Origin: Eledone cirrhosa
Taxonomy: Eukaryota
Direction of reading: 5' to 3'
Assembly (NCBI GenBank): GCA_964016885.1
Contig: OZ024749.1
Coordinates: 51,026,001-51,090,000, forward strand
Length of the DNA stretch: 64,000 nt
Shown piece by piece: positions 55,479 through 64,000 of this stretch (within the stretch, counting starts at the first letter, position 1; every line of letters begins with the position of its first letter). Position numbers and translations under genes: made by a program. The notes under the pieces are model-generated. The model ran no database searches, had not been told where the DNA came from, and saw only the letters and a list, made by a program, of their open reading frames with translations.

Positions 55479-55943
55479 TATTGTCATTCTTCTTGTTCCA
55501 GATGTTTTTGTTCGTGTTCTTCATCGTGTTATTGCTGTTCTACATGTTACAGTGTTTATTTTCCTAGTTTTTTCCTAATTCTTGTTCTAGTTCAAGTTAC
55601 TGCTGTTTTCTGTAGCATCATGTTATGTTGTTAAAGTAGATATTTTTCCTGTTAGCTTTTTCATGGTATTTTTCAGTGTTTGTGTTGGTGTTATAGCTGT
55701 GTTTATTGTTTATGTGGCAGTTCAGTGTTTGTGTTGGTGTTACAGGCGTGGCTGTTGTTTATGTGCAATTTATCGATATTCTTCTTAATAATCTTAATAT
55801 TTTTCAATATGTTTTAATATGAAGAAAGCAAAAAAGCATACATGCAGTTTTTATGCCCCATTCCAATCATATCTATTCCCTGCTCTTCAAACTATATTAT
55901 ATATGTTTATATATATAAATATATATATACATATATATATATA

Positions 55944-56070
<127 letters not shown>

Positions 56071-56091
56071 TTATATATACATATATATTTT

Positions 56092-56136
<45 letters not shown>

Positions 56137-56178
56137 TATATATTAATATGTATATATATATATACATAAATATATATG

Positions 56179-56248
<70 letters not shown>

Positions 56249-56266
56249 AATATATAAATATATATG

Positions 56267-56363
<97 letters not shown>

Positions 56364-56566
56364 TATGTGTGTGAGTGTGTGTTGCTATGGTGTCATGGAG
56401 AAAATAATAAATCTCCCTTTATTCTCTCTTCGCTTGGCGGGGCATTAGCCTGTGTGTATATATACGTGCGTTGCTTCTACGTCTGTGTGTATCATGTATA
56501 CATACGCTCAAATATACATATGCATATATAGCTATGTGTGTATGTATATATGTATCCTATGTATCA

Positions 56567-56609
<43 letters not shown>

Positions 56610-56647
56610 TATATGAATATAGATATTTTTTATGAATATTCATATAT

Positions 56648-56734
<87 letters not shown>

Positions 56735-56796
56735 TATATGAATATAGATATTTTTATGAATATTCATATATAATATTATATATATATATACACATA

Positions 56797-56874
<78 letters not shown>

Positions 56875-56946
56875 CCCCACTCTCAAGAGCGTGAACCTAA
56901 TAAACCTTTATTTGTCTGCCTCTCTGTTTTGTTCCCGTCTAAATTT

Positions 56947-57003
<57 letters not shown>

Positions 57004-57203
57004 CAAAGATACGAAAGATTTCCTGGTGAAAGTCGGACATGTTAAGATGCTCTTCCTGCTATATCAGACGTTAACCTAATATATACCTTCCATATACTGT
57101 ATCGATTGTGTTGTTATTTCTGTTTACCTTTTACATACATACACATATATATATAAGTATATAGTTATCTATCTATCTATCTTTCTGTCTACTCGTCTGC
57201 CTA

Positions 57204-57275
<72 letters not shown>

Positions 57276-57282
57276 TAAAAAA

Positions 57283-57550
57283 AATTCCAACTTTGTCTGT
57301 TTTACTCGTTTTATTTACAATCCTTTAAAATTATAATGATATTATAATGAAATAGTATGGTAGAATACTAAATGTTAAGTGTTAAGTGTTAAGTGTTCAA
57401 TTGACACTAAACATTTAGTATTCTACCATACTATTTCATTATAATATCATTATAATTTTAAAGGATTGTAAATAAAACGAGTAAATCAGACAAAATTTGA
57501 ATTCCTTTAATTAGTATAATCTTCTATACACAATCATACACACCCGTGTA
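57283..57550. mobile_element. Asymmetric palindrome, PLE-end type
   Basis: Arms ~57283-57382 and 57402-57502; TTAAGTG triplication in the spacer; right tail to ~57550; TA-flanked. Confidence 0.75.
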
Positions 57551-57600
<50 letters not shown>

Positions 57601-57606
<6 letters not shown>

Positions 57607-57940
57607 TGTGAGGGTTTTTTACAAAATGAAACATAACCGAGGTGTCCTACACGAGTGAAAGTATAAAGAAAAAAGATGAAATCGAAAATGCAACTGAAGT
57701 TTTTAAATATATATATTTATTTGGTTCCTTTATCGGTTTCGCAGTTCTTCTGCTTTTCAAAAATAGAGTTGAGATGGAAGGTCTGTGATTTTTCTCACAT
57801 CTGATGTGAGAAAAACCACAGATCCTCCATCTCAACTCTACTTTTGAAAAGCAGAAGAACTGCAAAACCGATAAAGGAACCAAATAAATATATATATATT
57901 TTTTTAAATAAGACTCCAGTTGCAATTTCGATTTCATCTT

Positions 57941-57944
<4 letters not shown>
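57601..57944. mobile_element. PLE-end family C palindrome (shorter)
   Basis: Centre at 57802; arms ~57670-57801 and 57803-57944; tail 57601-57669; variant hammerheads at 57726-57767 (-) and 57837-57878 (+, GAAA mutated). Confidence 0.85.
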
Positions 57945-58028
<84 letters not shown>

Positions 58029-58059
58029 TATACATATATATATATATATATATATATGT

Positions 58060-58214
58060 CTCTCCACCACTCCCCTACACACCTTTTGAACTCTCACCTG
58101 AAGAAGGGCTTATGCCCGAAACGTCGTCCCCCACCTACCCCCACACTCTCCTGAGTGTGAATTTAATAAACATTTATCGTACTGCCTCTCTGTTCTGTCC
58201 CTGTTCAATTTTTC

Positions 58215-58218
<4 letters not shown>
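58060..58218 (+). mobile_element. PLE-end family F with broken hammerhead (~58091-58130); related ends at 56874-56950, 58780-58870, 30970-31020 (-)
   Basis: CUGAAGA-AGGGC UUAU GCCC-GAAA-CGUCG-UC, but stem I is unpaired; shared tail GTGAA.CTAATAAAC...TACTGCCTCTCTGTT.TGT.CC.GT. Confidence 0.65.
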
Positions 58219-58280
<62 letters not shown>

Positions 58281-58690
58281 TATATAGAGAGAGAGAGAAA
58301 GATATATAAATGTATTTATTTATATGTATGTGTCTATATATATATATGCATATATGTGTGTATGCATATATATATATATATATATGCATATATATATATA
58401 TGCATATATGTGTGTATTTATCTATGCATATGTATATATTTATGTATGTATTTCTGATTGCACATTTAAATAAGGTAATGCGTGCAAGCAAAAGATTAAT
58501 CTGCCGAGTCTTGACTAAGCTACAACAGTTGAACATAAAACTGATTAACATACACTAGACTCATAAATTCATTAAAACATTCCTGTAAAATGATTATATA
58601 TATGCGTATGTGTTTGGTAGGTGGGTGTACGTGTGTGTACGTGTGTGTACGTGTGTACACACACACATATATATATATATATATAGTGAA

Positions 58691-58774
<84 letters not shown>

Positions 58775-58930
58775 GTACACCCACCCACTTCACCCCCACT
58801 TTCAAGCGTGAACCTAATACTAACACTTTGTACTGCACTCTTCGTTATTGCTTTTGTTTTCTGTTTTAACTATACATATATAAATATATGCAAAAGTTCT
58901 ATTTAAATTGTTGGGATACAACAAGCAAAT

Positions 58931-59211
58931 ATTTTTATAACTGATATAAAGCACTCAACAAGTATTTGGAGTAAATATACGATATTAACAAATGGAAACT
59001 ATATTTATAAAACCATATCTATTTTATTATACATATTTCAAGGATACCATGTTAAATTATGGTATGCTTTCATCAGACAAAATACAATATATACCAGTTT
59101 TATAAATAAATATTGACAAACCCTTTCATAATTTAACATGGTATCCTTGAAATATGTATAATAAAATAGATATGGTTTTATAAATATAGTTTCCATTTGT
59201 TAATATCGTAT
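58931..59211. mobile_element. PLE-end family A palindrome
   Basis: Arms ~58976-59060 and 59128-59211; left tail 58931-58975. Confidence 0.85.
59020..59084 (-). ncRNA. Type I hammerhead ribozyme, family A
   Basis: UAUUUUGU-CUGAUGA-AAGCAUACCAU AAUUUAAC AUGGUAUCCUU-GAAA-UAUGUA-UA-AUAAAAUA. Confidence 0.85.
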
Positions 59212-59276
59212 ATATAAATATATATATAAATGAAAAGTATAGAAATTGTTATAGCGAGAAGCTAACAGTATTCCAT

Positions 59277-59389
<113 letters not shown>

Positions 59390-59589
59390 AAGAGAGAGAA
59401 GGAGATAGAGAAGGACAGTGGCAAAGAGAGAGAAGGATAGAGAGGAGAGGGCGAAGGAGGGAGAGGAGAAGAAAATGTTGCAAGAGAGAGAAGGGGAGAG
59501 AGTGACAATGAAAGAGGAGGAGAGAGAGAGAGAGCAACAAAGAGAGACTGAATGAAAAAAATTGACGCAGAGAAAACGAGTGAGAGAGA

Positions 59590-60150
59590 AAGAGGTGGTG
59601 GTGGTGGTGGTGGTGGTGGTGGTGGTGGTAGTGGTGATGGTGGTGGTGGTGGTGGTGGTGATGGTGGTGGTGGTGATGGGTGGTGGTGATGGCGGTGGTT
59701 GTGCTGGTATTGGTGGTGGTGTTGGTGGTGCTGCTAGTGGTGGTGGTGGTGGTGGTGGTGGTGGTGGTGGTGGTGGTGGTGGTGGTGGTTGTGCTGGTAT
59801 TGGTGGTGGTGTTGGTGGTGCTGCTAGTAGTGGTGGTGGTGGTGGTGGTGGTGGTGGTGGTGGTGGTGGTGATGGTGGTGGTTGTGCTGGTATTGGTGGT
59901 GGTGTTGGTGGTGCTGCTGGTGGTGGTGGTGGTGGTGGTGGTGGTGGTGGTGGTGGTGATGGTAGTGGTGGTGTTGGTGGTGGTGGTGGTGTTGGTGTTG
60001 GTGGTGCTGGTGATGGCGGTGCTTGCTTGTGGTGCTGCTGCCGATGATGGTGGTGGTGGTGGTGGTGGTGGTGGTTGTGCTGGTATTGGTGGAGGTGATG
60101 GTGGTGATGGTAGTGGTTGTCGTGTTGCTGCTGGTGGTGCTGGTGGTGAG
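59590..60150. repeat. (GGT)n microsatellite with higher-order repeats
   Basis: Direct inspection. Confidence 0.95.
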
Positions 60151-60509
60151 GGGGTGACTGTGAAAATGTCATGAAGAGTTAAGTTTTATATTTGACCACC
60201 AGTAACAGATAAAAAAAAACCCAGAAAATCGATCAATTTCCTGTCAAATGAGACATCTGTCAGTGTGATCTCTATATCTATAGACTTCGGGATACTGTTT
60301 TGTTTTTGAACACCTATAAATGACAGCCAATAAACATTACTTAATACCTTACAACCAGTTTTAATGAAGAATAGTAGAGTCTAAGAACAGAGTTGATATT
60401 CTCGAATGTTCTAGCATAGAAACAGCATAGTAGCTATTGTCGTCAGTATCGTTGTTGTTTTAGTGGATTGTTGTGGTTCTTATTGTTGTTGTAGTTGTAT
60501 TTATTTTTG

Positions 60510-60904
60510 CTACTACTACTACTACTTCGACGACGACGACGACTACGACTACGACTACTACTACGACGACTACGACTACTACTACGACTACGACTACTAC
60601 TACGACTACGACGACTACGACTACTACTACCACTACGACTACTACTACGACGACTACTACTACTTCTACTTCGACGACGACGACGACGACTACGACGACT
60701 ACGACTACTACTACCACTACGACTACTACTACGACGACTACTACTACTTCTACTTCTACGACTACGACTACGACTACGACGACTACGACTACTACTACTA
60801 CTACTACTACGACTACTACTACGACTACGACTACGACTACTACGACTACTACTTCTACGACTACGACGACTACGACTACTACTACTACTACTACGACTAC
60901 TACG

Positions 60905-60945
<41 letters not shown>

Positions 60946-60964
60946 GACTACTACAATGACTACG

Positions 60965-60997
<33 letters not shown>

Positions 60998-61015
60998 GCT
61001 GCTATTATTACTACT
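60510..61015. repeat. (ACT)/(ACG)n microsatellite
   Basis: Direct inspection. Confidence 0.95.
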
Positions 61016-61017
61016 AA

Positions 61018-61140
61018 GGTGGTGGATTGGCAGTAATCGGTAGAGCGTCAGACACTAAGCTTTGCGGCGTATAATTATCTCTCTACGTCCTGAGTTCAAG
61101 TTCAAATCCCGATAAGGTTAGCATTGTCTCTCCTCCTTCT
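61018..61140 (+). mobile_element. CORE-type SINE, 5' half
   Basis: GGTGGTGGATTGGCAGTAATCGGTAGAGCGTCAGAC...GAGTTCAA(GTTCAA)ATCCC. Confidence 0.75.
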
Positions 61141-61144
61141 ATTG

Positions 61145-61350
61145 AATGACCCCAGAGTCTGCCTCACTATCACTTAGAGGGTGCAATAAACGGAACTCTG
61201 AGGGAGAGTCTAAAAACATCTAACTGATAAAATGACAAGTCAGTCAATCATATTGGTGACCTCCCCACAGCCCCGGCGGACAGAATAGAGAAGGCGTTTC
61301 CCCGTTAGACGGCAAGGGAGACGCGCTGGAAAAGCCATTCCAACTGGCGG
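61145..61350 (+). pseudogene. RTE-like LINE 3' remnant; related fragment at ~12400-12635
   Basis: 'SLPHYHLEGAINGTLR' and 'PADRIEK'; AGGGAGA.GCGCT.GAAAAGC.A.TCCAACT is shared with 12600-12633. Confidence 0.5.
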
Positions 61351-61537
61351 GACTCACACCTGCGGCCGGCCAGCACAGCGCCTAAGGTGATGAGTAAGGA
61401 GGTAGCCCTAGGGCAGAGGACACGAGAAGTCTCCACTGCTAAGGGTACTACCGCAAAACCTGTCGGAGATCGAGCCGTATTTGAATATATTCACTGGTGT
61501 CTCACAGATGAAATACAGGGGTGCTATTGTCTTTTAC

Positions 61538-61608
<71 letters not shown>

Positions 61609-61660
61609 AGAAAGAAATTTAAAACATTATTATTTAAAACATCACAATCCAGAATATAAT

Positions 61661-61736
<76 letters not shown>

Positions 61737-61908
61737 AATAAATATATATGTATATATAAATAAATATATATGTATATATAAATAAATATATATGTATATA
61801 TATATATATATAAATATATGTATATGTATATATATATATGTGTATGTATGTATATACACATGTATATATGTATCCCATATTTCTGAAAGTATCAACGTAT
61901 ATACCTAC

Positions 61909-61940
<32 letters not shown>

Positions 61941-63270
61941 GTACGTACGCACGTAAGTGTATAAAAACTTATTGCTAATCGATATTCAAACATATACAAA
62001 TGTTTCAGTGTATACATATAAATATAATTATAAACATAAACAGAAATATCTTCGTGAATAAGTTTGATATTTAACTTCCTCTTGTTGTCTTGGAAACTGC
62101 ACACTAATATTAACACACCTACATTATCAGAGTGCATTATCTTACATAATGTTGCTGTTTATCTGCATTTCCAATGAACCTAACTGCAACGTTACCATCC
62201 ATTTAGAACATTTGTTTGTTTTTTGGTTGTTTTTTTATCAATATTTCTATATATATTTTTTGTTTTTGTTCATTTTTCTTTACGTCCATCTTGAAAATGT
62301 GTTATCTTTTGTTTTCCATTTTGCATAGTTTGCATTGTATGACAACAACATCAAGTAAATACAGTGATGTGTCAAAAATAATGAGACAGTTAACTAAATC
62401 GAGTTGTCACTCCTGACATCTCAGGTTCCTGCTTCATACCTCCAACAAATCCTATTGTATCTTCTGGACTTTTTTTTATATATCCTTTCATTTCACTGGG
62501 GATTTAATTGAAATAATTGTTCTTATTATTATCATTAGTATTTTTATTGTTGCTGTTGTTTGGGGGTTTTTTTTTGTTGTTGCTTTTTATTTGTTTTTGT
62601 TTTATTTTCTTCCAAGCCAGTCCCTGATTGAGTAAACCTATCATTAAAATCAACCAATCCACAACCATCTCCTAGCCAATCCACAACCATCTCAGCCAAT
62701 CCACAACCATTTCACAGCCAATTCAAAGCCACCCTACATCCATTTTTGTGCGAAGCGTAAAGTACTCAGCAACAGTTAGATATGTTCAATGTATAGAGAA
62801 ATAGAGAAGATGTAGTGATCTTGATTAGGTTTGACAACAACGTGTTGAAAATGCCTCAATAAAACGTCCTACAAGAGTGGGCAGAGACGTTCGTAGGCTG
62901 GCTATGAAGGAGTGATGCTAGGGCTGTGAAATGTTGCATGCAAAACTTTCAACTCTTCTTATTAATAACTAACTACATTGTTTCTTTCCAGGGACTATGT
63001 TGAAAAATAAGCCTCATTTGGTCATTCCATGAAAGTATCTTGATCACCCTACGAAGATTTCAATCTATCCTCGTGAATACTAAATACATATACAGCGAGC
63101 TGAAACATCTCTGTTAACTGACATTATCCTTACAATTAGAAGACAAAATCTCCCTCTGGGGAATTGAAATTCTGAAAACTATAACGACGTTTTTCAACTA
63201 TCTGTATGTATGTGTAAGCAAAGATATATTTCATTATATTTTCTCCCTCTCTGTCTCTCTGCACACACAT

Positions 63271-63316
<46 letters not shown>

Positions 63317-63471
63317 CATTTATTTGCTTCCATTAAAATAGCTCCAAACGAACCTACGCTACACTTCATTCCTATTTCCCTTTCTTTCTCGCACATGCAC
63401 ACTCTCTCCCCCTCTATATATATATGTGTGTGTGTGTATATATATAGATATATGTGCATATATAGATATAG

Positions 63472-63533
<62 letters not shown>

Positions 63534-63679
63534 TATTTTCAAGGGAAGTTATGGTAAATCAATGTGGTAAATCAACATTCAGTATTAAATGCTAATAAAT
63601 GGAAGAAATGGTGGTGTTTGGCAGTTCTGTTAGAGGCGCCAATAAAACTTGCTTCACTATTTCTTTATCTTTCAATATT

Positions 63680-63995
63680 TTTTTATGACCATGCCTTCAT
63701 ACAAGATGAGGCCCTTCCTCGCGCACTGTCTGTGGGTGGTTTGATTTCCAATTTCCAGGACGTTTGCTAGGTTGACGAGGTCCACAAGAACGGCCAGCAA
63801 GAAGCCCTGATTTAAAGTCATGGATTTTTTTTTCTGTAAAGGTGGGCGAAAGAAGTTTATAGCTCAAAACCAAAATCTCTGACACAATTGGAGGAACGCA
63901 TTTGTCATGTACTAGTTAACATACAACCTGAGTTCTGTTGGCGTCAGTCAAGGATAAACCCAGACGATGACTGGTGGGGAATGTTGGTGCCTAGT
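63680..63995 (+). pseudogene. Tc1/mariner-superfamily transposase C-terminal remnant (possible N-terminal part at ~62780-63110)
   Basis: 'FIQDEALP', 'FPGRLLG*RGPQERPARSPDL' and 'VYSSKPKSLTQLEERI' fit FQQDGAPPH...FP.RWIGR...WP.RSPDL...VY...P..L..L..RI; frameshifted. Confidence 0.8.
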
Positions 63996-64000
63996 AAAAT

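Overview
AT-rich, microsatellite-saturated animal DNA. The SINE families and repeat texture suggest an octopus or other coleoid cephalopod (inference). No confidently recognisable host gene is present: nearly all ORFs in the track are translated (TA)n, (GT)n or (GGT)n repeats, and there is one candidate minus-strand exon at 39243-39421. Ordinary content comprises many tRNA-derived CORE-type SINEs, a non-autonomous Helitron, piggyBac-like and hAT-like MITEs, RTE-, CR1- and Tc1/mariner-like relics, minisatellites and a 200-N gap. The main signal is a dense set of Penelope-like element (PLE) ends inserted in (TA)n tracts as asymmetric palindromes (one arm with a 3' tail, one without). They carry about 15 type I hammerhead ribozyme (HHR) motifs from about 9 unrelated families. 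Highlights: (i) a ~480-nt retrozyme-like unit whose 5' end falls at the predicted HHR cleavage site (50744-51465); (ii) HHR variants with a U3-A8 core and stem II covariation; (iii) a 5'-inverted PLE with a GIY-YIG relic (49571-52245); (iv) a convergent twin tRNA-like element sharing that PLE's 3' tail; (v) a 20-bp minisatellite rich in let-7 seed sites and GTCACGTG E-boxes. All folds and alignments were done by eye; coordinates of degenerate relics are approximate.
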